Shown: positions 46,297 through 56,475 of the stretch, one piece after another
Position numbering within the stretch: the stretch's first letter is position 1
Layout: every line of letters begins with the position of its first letter
Origin: Patescibacteria group bacterium
GTDB taxonomy: Bacteria; Patescibacteriota; Microgenomatia; UBA8517
Direction of reading: 5' to 3'
NCBI GenBank assembly: GCA_041742135.1
Contig: JBGSJG010000004.1
Location: 299,773-363,772, forward strand
DNA: 64,000 bases
Notes under the pieces: generated by a model
What the model was told of the DNA's origin: nothing
What the model saw: only the letters and a program-made list of their open reading frames with translations
Databases searched by the model: none
Translations under genes and position numbers: made by a program

Positions 46297-47451
46297 ATGC
46301 TAGGTAGACTTGGAATCTCCAAAAAGGCGGTTATCGGCGCTTTAGTTTTGTTTGTAGCTTTGGTGTCTTCGTTGGGTGGAGCCTTGGCTGACAGGCTTTT
46401 TGTGATTAAGCCCTTAGATGCTCTGGTCGAGCGTGTAGGTGAAGGCTCAATGGTTAATGGGACTCGTGAGGTCTTGCGTGAAGAGTCTGCGGTAATAAAT
46501 GTTGCTGATCAGGTTTCACCTTCAGTTGTAACTGTCTCTTTTGAGTCTCCCGAAAGGCGAGTTTTGCAATTTGATCCTTTCAATGGCTTCCGTTCTCAGG
46601 TTCAAGGAGGCGTGCCACAAGATATTGGAAGCGGTTTTATCGTTTCTGAAAATGGTTTGGTAATTACCAATAAACATGTGGTTAGCTCTGAAGGCTCGTA
46701 TAAAATTATTACCAAAGACGGAGAAGAGCATGAAGTTCGCGCGATTCACCGTGACCCCGCAAATGATTTGGCAATTTTAGAAACAGACATTGTTAATGCA
46801 GTTCCCGTAAAGCTTGGAGACTCGGGCGAGCTAAAAGTTGGGCAGTTCGTAATTGCAATTGGTACTGCTCTTGGAGAATTTAGGCATACTGTCACCACAG
46901 GCGTTGTGTCCGGGCTTGGCCGTGGTATTGTGGCGGGGAGTGTGTTTGAAGGCTATGTGGAGCGGCTTGATAACGTAATCCAGACTGATGCAGCAATCAA
47001 CCCGGGCAACTCAGGGGGGCCACTTCTTAATGCTTCTGGCCAAGTAATTGGTGTTAACGTTGCAGTTGCCCAAGGAGCTCAGAATATCGGTTTTGCGCTT
47101 CCTATCGATTTGGTCAAAAAAGGAATTGAAGAGTACGAAGCTAGCGGGAATTTTGCGAGCAAAGCATTTTTGGGAGTGGAGCACAGTATGATAAGTCGCG
47201 AAGCAGCACTTTTAAATGAAGTGCCCCAAGGGGCTTACATTACCAATGTTGTGTCAGGCTCTGGCGCGGACAATGCGGGGATACAAGCTGGAGACATAAT
47301 CACAAAAATTGATGGCAAGAGTTTGGGCGATGCCGAAGATGGGCTTTCGGGAATAATTGCTGAGTATAGTGTGGGCGACACAGTTTCTATTGAAGTTTGG
47401 CGAGACGATGATTATCTTACCGTGCAGGCCAACCTGTCTTCAGGTAACTAG
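46297..47451 (+). CDS. HtrA/DegP-like serine protease with PDZ domain
   Basis: GSGFI, TNKHVV, DLA, QTDAAINPGNSGGPL. Confidence 0.95.
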   Translation: MLGRLGISKKAVIGALVLFVALVSSLGGALADRLFVIKPLDALVERVGEGSMVNGTREVLREESAVINVADQVSPSVVTVSFESPERRVLQFDPFNGFRSQVQGGVPQDIGSGFIVSENGLVITNKHVVSSEGSYKIITKDGEEHEVRAIHRDPANDLAILETDIVNAVPVKLGDSGELKVGQFVIAIGTALGEFRHTVTTGVVSGLGRGIVAGSVFEGYVERLDNVIQTDAAINPGNSGGPLLNASGQVIGVNVAVAQGAQNIGFALPIDLVKKGIEEYEASGNFASKAFLGVEHSMISREAALLNEVPQGAYITNVVSGSGADNAGIQAGDIITKIDGKSLGDAEDGLSGIIAEYSVGDTVSIEVWRDDDYLTVQANLSSGN

Positions 47452-47486
47452 TTGATTTTACTTATAAAAGTAGGAAAATATAATCA

Positions 47487-47729
47487 ATGGAATTTGAACA
47501 GGCCTTGAGTAGCCGAGTAATTTCTTCTGCTGATTCTGCGCTAGTGGAAACTGAGTATTATTTTTTGGGGGTGCACGGAAAGATAACAATTGGAGATCAT
47601 GAATATCAAGGTGAAGTTCACACCCGTGATACTTGGTCTGGTGGGCCTGAGACTAGGATAGTAGTTCAAGGTGTTAGGGCCGTACGGGTTACTTCAGAGG
47701 AAAGTGAGTCAACTTTGACTGCCGCTTGA
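47487..47729 (+). CDS. Hypothetical protein
   Basis: Short ORF filling the gap. Confidence 0.45.
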   Translation: MEFEQALSSRVISSADSALVETEYYFLGVHGKITIGDHEYQGEVHTRDTWSGGPETRIVVQGVRAVRVTSEESESTLTAA

Positions 47730-48407
47730 GAAGCTGAGAACTTTATCCAAATTGCCATCGACAATTACTTCCAAGTTGCCAAATGATTTACCAATTCTGT
47801 GATCTGTCAGCCGGTCTTGTGGAAAATTGTAGGTTTTGATTTTTTCAGACCTATTGCCGCTTCCGATAGCGCTTCGGTACCCAGCCACTTCACGCATTTT
47901 CTTTTGCTCTTCAAGCTCGTAAAGCTTTGAGCGAAGTAACCCCATTGCATTCATTCTGTTTTGTTCCTGAAATCGCTCTGTCTGCGCGGTAACAACAATA
48001 CCTGTTGGCTTATGGGTAAGCCTGACTGCTGTACTTACTTTATTAACATTTTGGCCGCCGTGCCCACCAGCGCGATAAAACTGAACTTCAATGTCTCGTG
48101 GGTCGATATGAACCTCGCTATCTGCGACTTCTGGCAAAACAACCACAGTAGCTGTAGAGGTGTGAATTCTGCCACGCTTTTCTGTAGCAGGAACACGCTG
48201 AACTCTATGAACACCAGACTCGTGCTTTAGTAAATCAAACACACCCGGAGCCTTAATCTGAATCGTTGATTCATCTAATTGAAGTACTTTCCAGTCTTTT
48301 TTGACTGCATGCCGGAAGTACATTCTTAGAAGTTCAGAAGCCCAAAGCTTCGCCTCATCGCCTCCAGCGGCACCGCGAACCTCAATGTAGCATGTCTGAT
48401 TATCCAT
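47709..48407 (-). CDS. prfA: Peptide chain release factor 1, lacking N-terminal domain 1
   Basis: [14 protein letters not shown] (PAT), GGQ, RSEKI.TYNFPQ.R.TDHR. Confidence 0.88.
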   Translation of the reverse strand: MDNQTCYIEVRGAAGGDEAKLWASELLRMYFRHAVKKDWKVLQLDESTIQIKAPGVFDLLKHESGVHRVQRVPATEKRGRIHTSTATVVVLPEVADSEVHIDPRDIEVQFYRAGGHGGQNVNKVSTAVRLTHKPTGIVVTAQTERFQEQNRMNAMGLLRSKLYELEEQKKMREVAGYRSAIGSGNRSEKIKTYNFPQDRLTDHRIGKSFGNLEVIVDGNLDKVLSFSSGSQS

Positions 48408-48414
48408 GAAGAGA

Positions 48415-48756
48415 CTAATTACTCTTGGCTTTTTTGCTTTCTTTCTTTAGCGTTTCTCGGAGCTCCTCGAGGGATTCTGGTCGGTCAAGTTGTTCTTGAA
48501 TCTTCTTTTCTCTTTTATTTTTCCTGCGTGTTGCTTTTGATAACACCTTAGTGTCAGCCGCTTTTAAGCGGGCACGGAAAGAATCAACGCGTCCTGCGGC
48601 GTCGACGAATTTCATTTGCCCCGTAAAGAAAGGGTGGCAGTTGTAGCAGACCTCAACATCTATCTCAGGCACAGTAGCCCCGATCGTAAATTTGTTACCA
48701 CACGCACACGTAACTACGGCATCTTTGAACCAATTTGGATGAACTTTCGTTTGCAT
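48415..48756 (-). CDS. rpmE: 50S ribosomal protein L31
   Basis: HP, CACG, C..CHPFFTG, GRV..F. Confidence 0.95.
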   Translation of the reverse strand: MQTKVHPNWFKDAVVTCACGNKFTIGATVPEIDVEVCYNCHPFFTGQMKFVDAAGRVDSFRARLKAADTKVLSKATRRKNKREKKIQEQLDRPESLEELRETLKKESKKAKSN

Positions 48757-48769
48757 GAGACAAATTATA

Positions 48770-49666
48770 TCAGTGACTTCGCGTTTCGGCAATTATCACT
48801 CCAATAATGACAATTATTGCACCAACTACAAAGCCTAAAGTGAGCTCCTCTCGAAGTAGTATCACGGCAAGCGGTACCGAAAGTACCGGGATAAGATAAC
48901 TAAAAAGTGAGGCTTCCGACACTTCGATTATTTTTTGAGCTCGGCTACGGAATAAGTATGCGATGTTTCCTGAAAAAAGCGCCATATAAAGCACTCCAAG
49001 ATGATAAATTGGCGAAAGAGCGGCCACCTCGGCGATAAAGAAGCGGAAGTTAAAAAGGATGATTGGGATGAAACTTACAAACCCTACCAAAAATCCATAA
49101 TTGGTTATAGCAGTTGGGCTAACATCTTTCTTGAGTAATTTTTTAAGGACTACAATTGCAGCAATGTCAAAAGTTATATGCAAGATTAGCATCAAGTTAC
49201 CCCAGAAGGTTCCTGTGGCAATCCCACTTTCAATGATAGGCCCGACAAGGGTTATGGCTGTACCTGCAAGTGCTACGGCAATACCTATCTTTTCTCGCTT
49301 CGTTATTTTTTCTTTTAGAAAAATTACGCCAGCGATCGATGCGAGAAGAGGCAGTGCGAGGGTTATCAAGGATAGGTTTAAAACGGTGGTCTGGTTAAGT
49401 CCTAAAAATAAAAATCCTAGAGCAAAAGTCGTGGACAGAAGCCCGTGAACTACAATCATCACTCTTAATGACATGCTTTTGGGAAGCTTTGAGCCAAACA
49501 TGTAAATGGAAGCTAAAGCAAAAATTGACGATATAAAGAATCGGTAAAACAAAAAGCTAAAAGGGGAGATGCCTTGAAGGGTAAATTTAATGACAATAGC
49601 GGCAAAAGCCCAGATTGATGTCGCCAGCAAAAGCAGCAAAAAAGCATGAAGTCTCTTGGGGGTCAT
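48770..49666 (-). CDS. DMT/EamA family transporter
   Basis: About 10 TM helices, two EamA repeats, FLKEK. Confidence 0.9.
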   Translation of the reverse strand: MTPKRLHAFLLLLLATSIWAFAAIVIKFTLQGISPFSFLFYRFFISSIFALASIYMFGSKLPKSMSLRVMIVVHGLLSTTFALGFLFLGLNQTTVLNLSLITLALPLLASIAGVIFLKEKITKREKIGIAVALAGTAITLVGPIIESGIATGTFWGNLMLILHITFDIAAIVVLKKLLKKDVSPTAITNYGFLVGFVSFIPIILFNFRFFIAEVAALSPIYHLGVLYMALFSGNIAYLFRSRAQKIIEVSEASLFSYLIPVLSVPLAVILLREELTLGFVVGAIIVIIGVIIAETRSH

Positions 49667-49675
49667 TACTGATTA

Positions 49676-50590
49676 TTACAGAAGGATAATGGTAGAAGCA
49701 ATGAGTTCGCCTTCGTCAAGCTCTCCAACCACGACAATGCGGTCACCTTCTTGTGCGGTCAAAAGTTTAATTGTTTTGAGCTCCTCTTCGCGTGCTGAAT
49801 AAACTTCGACTTTTCCTCGTGCATCAATAGAAATTTCTTCATTTGAATCGCTTTCGGTAACTAAGAACTCCTTTGAGTTAAGAGTTTTAATAATTCCGGT
49901 TTTGGATTCTAAGTAGACGGGATCTGTTTGTGTTGTAACTAGAACCCTAAAAGCTTCAAATACTTTTCCTTCTTTTGTGTGTCCCAAATTTGCTACAAAA
50001 TCTCCGATGGCAAGATCCGAGAAAGATATTTCGCGAGCATCATCGACCACCGAGCCATAAGAAGTTTCTTCTGATATCGAAATTTGCTTTATCTCACCAC
50101 TATCTCCTCGAATTTGAATTGTGTCTTCTGCTATGTCGGTGACAGCACCCACGAGCGCGGTTAGTGCTTGGCTACTGGCGTTTTCAATCTTGGTTGTAAA
50201 AATGAGGGTTAGCTCTTGGCTTTTGGGTGCAGGTTCTTGGCTAAATGATAAAACCTTCAGCTGATTGATTCCACTTGCCAGCTCGAAATTTAAGCTAAAC
50301 TCGCCAGAAGCATTAGCTTTTGTCGTATAAACTTTTCCGTCAGTTACAATGATCGTGGACCCGGGAGTCGCTAGGCCCGAAATGGCCACTACATCTTCGG
50401 TTAGGACCGCAAAGTTTTGGGGGCTCACGATACTTAAATCTGAAACTACTTGGTTAGTTGTTTTTTCTTCAACTTGCGTTGGAGCAGGTTGCGGAGTCTG
50501 GCGGGCACGTGTGCTACGCCAAAGGACAAAAGCGGTAACAATCCCAATTACGCTTCCCAAAAAAATTGCAAATAGTTGTTCTTTTCTCAT
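49676..50590 (-). CDS. Membrane-anchored Ig-like hypothetical protein
   Basis: N-terminal TM, G.A.PGS, GEFS...L..G.N Ig-like pattern. Confidence 0.7.
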   Translation of the reverse strand: MRKEQLFAIFLGSVIGIVTAFVLWRSTRARQTPQPAPTQVEEKTTNQVVSDLSIVSPQNFAVLTEDVVAISGLATPGSTIIVTDGKVYTTKANASGEFSLNFELASGINQLKVLSFSQEPAPKSQELTLIFTTKIENASSQALTALVGAVTDIAEDTIQIRGDSGEIKQISISEETSYGSVVDDAREISFSDLAIGDFVANLGHTKEGKVFEAFRVLVTTQTDPVYLESKTGIIKTLNSKEFLVTESDSNEEISIDARGKVEVYSAREEELKTIKLLTAQEGDRIVVVGELDEGELIASTIILL

Positions 50591-50665
50591 TTATGAGGGA
50601 GCAAGTTAATATACTGTTCGTGCGAGTCCTTGTCAATGGCGCCTCCAAGTGTTACGATGTCTTGC

Positions 50666-51316
50666 ATGGAAATCATATATCTAGGCCATTCTTCTTTTTG
50701 CATCAAGACCAAAACATCTTCAATCGTGACTGATCCATTCGACCCGCAAATGGTTGGCTTTCGCTTTCCAAAAACTGAAGCTCAGATTGTAACAATTTCG
50801 CATCCTCATGATGATCACAATAAAAGTGGTTTGGTTGAAGGAAATCCAAAAGTCATTACCGGGCCGGGGGAATATGAGATTAATGGAATTTCTATGATTG
50901 GTATTCCAAGTTTCCATGACAAAAAAAATGGCGCAGAGCGCGGCAAAAATACTATTTTTGTTTTTGAAATTGAAGGCATTAGAATTGCCCATTTGGGAGA
51001 CTTGGGCCACGAGTTAACGGAGGCAACAGTCGAGGATATGGGGGAAATTGACGTTTTGATGATTCCAGTTGGGGGAGTTTATACCTTAGATAATAAAGAA
51101 GCAGTGGAGGAAGTTCGCTCTATTGAACCCAAAATCATTATCCCGATGCACTATAAAGTACCCGGCATTAATCCGGAAGCTTTTGGTGAGCTTCAAACTG
51201 AAGAAGGCTTTGTAAGCGAGCTTGGGCTAACTGTGAATCACGAAAAGAAATTAAGTGTAAAAGCGGATACACTGCCCACCGACGCTCAAGTCGTTACTGT
51301 CCTTTCGATAGTATAA
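50666..51316 (+). CDS. MBL-fold metallo-hydrolase
   Basis: LGHS, TDPF, SH.H.DH, HLGDLG, IPMHY. Confidence 0.92.
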   Translation: MEIIYLGHSSFCIKTKTSSIVTDPFDPQMVGFRFPKTEAQIVTISHPHDDHNKSGLVEGNPKVITGPGEYEINGISMIGIPSFHDKKNGAERGKNTIFVFEIEGIRIAHLGDLGHELTEATVEDMGEIDVLMIPVGGVYTLDNKEAVEEVRSIEPKIIIPMHYKVPGINPEAFGELQTEEGFVSELGLTVNHEKKLSVKADTLPTDAQVVTVLSIV

Positions 51317-51317
51317 G

Positions 51318-52640
51318 ATGGCAGATGCGAGTTCAATTTCAATACGAGTTCCTCCACACTCAGAAGAGGCAGAAATAAGCGTTCTCGGCGCACTTTTATT
51401 GGACCGGGATGCAATCATCTCTGTTGCCGAATTTTTGTCTCCAGAGCATTTTTATGACGACCGGCATAAAGCGGTTTATGAAGCGATGCTTGGGCTTTTT
51501 GAAGATCGTACTCCTATCGATGTGTTGACTGTTTCAGACCGACTTAAAAAAAATAAAAGCCTCAAGGAAATTGGCGGCGTGAGTTTTTTGGCTGAGATGG
51601 CCAATAAAGTTCCGACTGCCGCTCATGTCGAGCATTATGGCAAGATTGTCAAAGACCAAGCCACAAAGCGTAGCATCATGACTGCCGCTTCTAAACTTGT
51701 GGATCTGTCGCTTGATGAGGGCTTGGGAGCAGATGAGCTACTAGATAAGGCCGAATCTCAGGTGTTTTCAATCACTCAACATCATTTGGCAAAGGGCTTT
51801 ACATCTGTCAAAACTGCACTGGCTGATTCATTTGATAGGCTGGATGAGCTTCATAAACTTGATAGCGGCCTTCGTGGTGTGCCAACTGGATTTACTGATT
51901 TGGATAATTTGTTGGCGGGACTACAAAAATCAAATTTAGTTATCCTCGCAGCTCGTCCGGGAGTTGGAAAGACCGCTTTGGCCATGAACGTTGCCCACAA
52001 CTTGGCAGTTACTCACAAGCGGCCAGTTGGTTATTTCTCGTTGGAAATGAGTAAAGAAGAGCTGGTGGACAGGCTTTTGGTGTCGCAAGCGGACATAGAT
52101 GCTTGGAAGCTTAAGACCGGAAGGCTCTCAGAGGATGACTTTGCGGCGCTGTCTAATGCCATGGGAGTACTGGCTGAAGCACCGCTTTATATTGATGATA
52201 CTCCGGGAATTTCAATTCTTGAAATGAGGACTAAAGCAAGGCGACTCCAAGTGGACTCTGGAGTTGACTTAATTGTGGTCGATTATATGCAGTTGGGCCG
52301 TAGCCGAAACTTGGAGAATCGCGTTCAGGAAGTTGCTGAAATTTCACAAGGCCTAAAAAACTTGGCCCGGGAACTCAAGGTTCCAGTTTTGGCTTTGTCA
52401 CAGCTATCTCGTGCAGTTGAGTCTCGCGGGACCAAGCGACCCGTTCTGGCTGACCTTAGGGAATCGGGGAGCATTGAGCAAGATGCTGACGTTGTGATGT
52501 TTTTGTGGCGGGAAGACGATGATAATCAAGAAAAAATATTTTTGGATATCGCAAAGCACCGAAACGGCCCTTTGGGCCAGGTACAACTTTACTTCAAAGG
52601 GGACAGGATTAAGTTTTACGGTCTTGAGCACAAGCGATAA
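51318..52640 (+). CDS. dnaB: Replicative DNA helicase
   Basis: PPHS.EAE, AARPGVGKT, SLEM, DYMQ, LSQLSR, DLRESGSIEQDAD. Confidence 0.98.
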   Translation: MADASSISIRVPPHSEEAEISVLGALLLDRDAIISVAEFLSPEHFYDDRHKAVYEAMLGLFEDRTPIDVLTVSDRLKKNKSLKEIGGVSFLAEMANKVPTAAHVEHYGKIVKDQATKRSIMTAASKLVDLSLDEGLGADELLDKAESQVFSITQHHLAKGFTSVKTALADSFDRLDELHKLDSGLRGVPTGFTDLDNLLAGLQKSNLVILAARPGVGKTALAMNVAHNLAVTHKRPVGYFSLEMSKEELVDRLLVSQADIDAWKLKTGRLSEDDFAALSNAMGVLAEAPLYIDDTPGISILEMRTKARRLQVDSGVDLIVVDYMQLGRSRNLENRVQEVAEISQGLKNLARELKVPVLALSQLSRAVESRGTKRPVLADLRESGSIEQDADVVMFLWREDDDNQEKIFLDIAKHRNGPLGQVQLYFKGDRIKFYGLEHKR

Positions 52641-52687
52641 GACAGCAAGCTTTGCTTATGGTACTGACTCCAAGAGGATAACATCTA

Positions 52688-53293
52688 TTATTCTAAAATT
52701 CCTAGGTTTGTTAATTCACGCTCAAGAGTGGAATAATCCTTGTAAAGGACTGGAGTGAAGCCTATCTGAGCGGCGGTTGATAAGCTGTTTTTTGTATCGT
52801 CTATGAATATAAGTTTTGTCATTGGTATGTCAAGCTTAGCCGCGAAGATTTCGAACGCTCTCGGGTGAGGCTTGCTGAATCCAATTTCTGCGGACACAAC
52901 AACTGAATCGAAATGTCTGGCAACTCCAATTTTTTTAATGTTACTTGCAGCTTCTAGATTGTTATTGCTAAGAAGACCGGTTTTATAGCCTTTTTTTCTT
53001 AATTTATCTATCAATTTTAGTAGGGGACGATTAATCTTTTCTTTAGGAAGGTTTCCTAACAGTTTCAATAAATCTTCATACCTATCTTCGACCCCAAGTT
53101 CAGTTAGTACTTTTCTCCACAATTCTTGTTTCGTTAACAGATTGTTATTGAACAAGTGGTTAAATTTGAAGTAGCTACGTTTAAATTCAGTGACGGAAAC
53201 ACCAAGGCAATTTGACACCAATGAATCAAAAGTCGTGCTTGGCGTTCCAAAAACGACTCCACTATAGTCGAAACCTACTGCTTGGTATTTCAT
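52688..53293 (-). CDS. HAD family phosphatase
   Basis: FDYSGV, LSN, KP, FIDD; true ATG 6 nt after the tRNA 3' end. Confidence 0.85.
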   Translation of the reverse strand: MKYQAVGFDYSGVVFGTPSTTFDSLVSNCLGVSVTEFKRSYFKFNHLFNNNLLTKQELWRKVLTELGVEDRYEDLLKLLGNLPKEKINRPLLKLIDKLRKKGYKTGLLSNNNLEAASNIKKIGVARHFDSVVVSAEIGFSKPHPRAFEIFAAKLDIPMTKLIFIDDTKNSLSTAAQIGFTPVLYKDYSTLERELTNLGILE

Positions 53294-53299
53294 GGAAGG

Positions 53300-53386
<87 letters not shown>

Positions 53387-53410
53387 AAATTATCTAATAT
53401 GTTAATCAAT

Positions 53411-53476
53411 GCGTCTGCCAATTCCGCCCGCCTGCAGAAGCTATCGCTTCAGCGATTGCGGGCAGGCCACCCCGGC
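53411..53476 (-). repeat. Duplicate of the tRNA-Leu 5' 26 nt interrupted by a 40-bp palindromic insert
   Basis: GCGTCTGCCAATTCCGCC + insert + ACCCCGGC matches 53361-53386. Confidence 0.8.
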
Positions 53477-53488
53477 GCTGCGGCTATT

Positions 53489-53917
53489 TTAGCACAGAAC
53501 ATCACTCAAACGCGCTACTAGCTCATCAAATTTTTTAATTTGAAATTTTCTGATAACCAAATCTTCAGTTTTCCCGTTTGGTTTTTTAAAACGAACAAAA
53601 ATAAAGCTATGCCAATATCCACCGGGCTTAAATTCGTAGTATTCAATTTTATTAAAGGGCACATTGTGTGTGGTAAAAGACACGCTTGAAAAAGAAATAT
53701 TCACATCTATGCTATCTTCGCGAATTTCTATGGCAGGTTTACGAAATCGTGATATCTCAAACATCAAATAGAGGAAAACTGAAACAGAGATTGAAAATAA
53801 AATAATTTTTGGAATATTTTCACTAGTACCTTGAGACCTTATGAACGAAACAAGAGTGAAGATAAATTCTGCAATAACTTTAAGAATGACAAAAATTTTG
53901 GTTTGATAGAACTTCAT
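53489..53917 (-). CDS. Hypothetical membrane protein (2 TM + small soluble domain)
   Basis: AT-rich; two hydrophobic helices. Confidence 0.6.
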   Translation of the reverse strand: MKFYQTKIFVILKVIAEFIFTLVSFIRSQGTSENIPKIILFSISVSVFLYLMFEISRFRKPAIEIREDSIDVNISFSSVSFTTHNVPFNKIEYYEFKPGGYWHSFIFVRFKKPNGKTEDLVIRKFQIKKFDELVARLSDVLC

Positions 53918-54399
53918 GTAGGTTTTTGATAATTAACTGCCAAGTTTGGTAGCCTGTCTTTTATTAGTTTAATAACGTTTTCAAATTCAAAAATATCGTT
54001 ACGGGTCAGGTAGCATTTCTTTATTTGTGTTCCGTGCGCGTACTGGATAACCAGAATTTCGGGTTTATCTTTTTTATCGAGTTTGACCTCAGCAAGCATC
54101 ACAGATGCAAAGCCAATTATGTGTGTTGTAAATATGAATCGCCACTTTATGATTGGGTCATACATCTGCCTTATTGTCATCGAGTCGCTTATGATCTCGA
54201 CGATAGGCAGGGAAGAAAGATAGGCCTCATACAAAAATGCTCCAAAAAAGGCTAAGCAAATGGCGATTAAGACTAACGCCCGAGCAGGATCTTCAAGTAT
54301 TCCAAAAGCAAAGCCGCCAGCCAAAACGCTTCCAATAAGAATCGGCAAAAAGCGCGCTCTGCCTCTGAAAAAGGTTACATACCCGTAGCTATTTGCCAT
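53914..54399 (-). CDS. Hypothetical membrane protein (2 TM + small soluble domain)
   Basis: Same architecture as its neighbour; TATACT 6 nt upstream. Confidence 0.6.
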   Translation of the reverse strand: MANSYGYVTFFRGRARFLPILIGSVLAGGFAFGILEDPARALVLIAICLAFFGAFLYEAYLSSLPIVEIISDSMTIRQMYDPIIKWRFIFTTHIIGFASVMLAEVKLDKKDKPEILVIQYAHGTQIKKCYLTRNDIFEFENVIKLIKDRLPNLAVNYQKPT

Positions 54400-54423
54400 A
54401 AATTGAGTATAATACATAGTGCA

Positions 54424-54981
54424 ATGATTGTTGCGAGTGATCTTAAAAATGGCGTTGCTTTTTTGGATGGTGGCAAGCCTTACAAAGTAGTTAAATATAG
54501 CCATATCAAGATGGGCCGTGGCGGAGCTACTGTACGTGTGATGGCACGTAATCTTGAAAATGGTGAGCTGGTCGAAAAAACATACGACTCCAAAAACAAG
54601 GTGGACGAGGTATCAACTTCCAAAAAGCGAATGCAATACTTGTACAATGACGGCAAAAATGCTTCTTTTATGAATCCGATGACTTACGAGCAGACAGAAA
54701 TTGAGCTTGATGTTTTGGGAGATTCGATTTTGTTTATCAAAGAGGGTAGTGAGGTGGATGTTTTATATTGGGACGACAAGGCTCTGTCTGTCGACATTGC
54801 TCCAAAAGTTGAACTTGAAGTAGTTGATACTGCTCCGGGAGTAAAAGGAAACTCGGCCGCAAATATTTACAAGCCTGCAAAACTTGAGAACGGCCTTGAA
54901 ATAAAAGTTCCGCTTTTTATAAAAATAGGGGACAAAATCCGTGTTGATACTAGAACCTCTGAGTATATTGAGCGAGCCTAG
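54424..54981 (+). CDS. efp: Elongation factor P
   Basis: DLKNG, KMGRGGA loop, QYLY.DG, PGVKG, KVPLFI..GD. Confidence 0.95.
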   Translation: MIVASDLKNGVAFLDGGKPYKVVKYSHIKMGRGGATVRVMARNLENGELVEKTYDSKNKVDEVSTSKKRMQYLYNDGKNASFMNPMTYEQTEIELDVLGDSILFIKEGSEVDVLYWDDKALSVDIAPKVELEVVDTAPGVKGNSAANIYKPAKLENGLEIKVPLFIKIGDKIRVDTRTSEYIERA

Positions 54982-55442
54982 GCGCTTGCTACCCACCAGA
55001 AAGCCGCAACAATAGTTGCCAGTTGAGTCATAACTCCCGGAACTAAAGTAGTATCTGCTTGAATCGATTTCTGAAAAGCAATCCATTTGAGTACCGCTTG
55101 GGTTTTGGCTTTTAAAAAGTAATAAGGGGCCTCAAGCAAATCGGGAAGAATACCAGAAAAAGCCCCAAACATAACATAAATAGAGTGCTCAGGCGAATTG
55201 GCGAAAGTCAGTGCCATAAAACTTACGCTAACTAAAGATAAAACCACATCAGCTAAAATTATAATTGTTGAGTTTTTGGAAACTCTGCCGTATTTTTTAA
55301 CCTCGGTATTTAAATGTGGATTCCAATGAGGGACCATGTCTAGAACAAAATGGCTCGCAAATGCCAAAGGCAAAGAAATGAGTGGATTTGGAATCTTGGT
55401 AACTATCGCGGCTCCAACCAAAGCGTGTGGAGTTTCAAGCAT
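54978..55442 (-). CDS. Membrane protein with His/Asp motifs (metal-dependent hydrolase-like)
   Basis: H..VG, SHF.LD..PHW, LPD. Confidence 0.65.
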   Translation of the reverse strand: MLETPHALVGAAIVTKIPNPLISLPLAFASHFVLDMVPHWNPHLNTEVKKYGRVSKNSTIIILADVVLSLVSVSFMALTFANSPEHSIYVMFGAFSGILPDLLEAPYYFLKAKTQAVLKWIAFQKSIQADTTLVPGVMTQLATIVAAFWWVASA

Positions 55443-55475
55443 CGTGACTGTCATGATATACTACTTGAGCTCACA

Positions 55476-56090
55476 ATGTCAATAATTTTAAGTTTTGGGG
55501 CTATCTTGGCTGGTGCTTATTTATTCTTGTTCGTTTTTTGGCGAAGGCTCAAGGAAGACTATTCAGGAAGCCTTATTCTTCACTCTGGCACTATTTTTGT
55601 ACTTCTTACCCTGCTCGGCGCTGTAGCAGCTAGAATTTTATCTAGTTTTTTAAGTCCCAGCGCAATATTTCTGCCATCAGGTTTATGGTTTTGGGGAGCA
55701 TGTGTTGGGTTTTTACTGGCGTTTGCGATCTCAACTCGAAAGCTCAAGCTTAAAGCTGTGGAGTCTTTTGAGGCGGCTGGCATCGCTTCTTTATATTCGT
55801 TGTTAATTGCTTTCTTGTTGAACTATTCTTGGCAACTGTTTCTTGTTACTGCATTTTCACTTGTCATTTTTAACTTCCTTGAAAGAACATATCGGAATTT
55901 TCACTGGTACAAATCCGGAAGAGTGGGTTTTTCGGGGCTAGCAGCTATCGGTTTTTTCTTTCTATTGCGCACAATCGCTGTTTTAGTAGTTGCTTCTTTA
56001 CCCTCAACGATAGGTCGAGTGGATTTGGTACTGTCCGCAGTTAGTGCTTTTTTACTTTTCTTTTCATTGTATAATTTAGCAGAAAGCTAA
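55476..56090 (+). CDS. Polytopic membrane protein
   Basis: Multiple TM helices; family not confidently recognised. Confidence 0.65.
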   Translation: MSIILSFGAILAGAYLFLFVFWRRLKEDYSGSLILHSGTIFVLLTLLGAVAARILSSFLSPSAIFLPSGLWFWGACVGFLLAFAISTRKLKLKAVESFEAAGIASLYSLLIAFLLNYSWQLFLVTAFSLVIFNFLERTYRNFHWYKSGRVGFSGLAAIGFFFLLRTIAVLVVASLPSTIGRVDLVLSAVSAFLLFFSLYNLAES

Positions 56091-56091
56091 T

Positions 56092-56475
56092 ATGGCAGAT
56101 CAAAAACACCCAGTTTCATTTCCTCAAAATTTAATTGAGCCTGTATCTCAATTTTTGAAGTCTCAGCTGACTAACCTTGAAAAGCGCAAGAAAGAAATTG
56201 AAACAGACGATCCGTTTTTGATTCCAGGTCGCGCTAGCGATAACGCTTCTCCTGATACAGATGCCGAGGAGCAGTTTGGCCACGCTAGAGCCAGTGCAAT
56301 TAAACTTGAGCTCGATCGTAAAATTATACAAACAAGGCGAGCCCTCGCTCGTGCCAAGGTCGGTAAGTACGGTTTGTGTACAAATTGCGGTGACATGATA
56401 GACACTGATCGGTTGATGATTTATCCAGAGGCCACACTTTGTGTTAAATGCGGGAACAAACGGGAGAAAAAATAA
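56092..56475 (+). CDS. TraR/DksA C4-type zinc finger protein
   Basis: GKYGLC..CG..I...RL...P.A.LC..C. Confidence 0.9.
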   Translation: MADQKHPVSFPQNLIEPVSQFLKSQLTNLEKRKKEIETDDPFLIPGRASDNASPDTDAEEQFGHARASAIKLELDRKIIQTRRALARAKVGKYGLCTNCGDMIDTDRLMIYPEATLCVKCGNKREKK

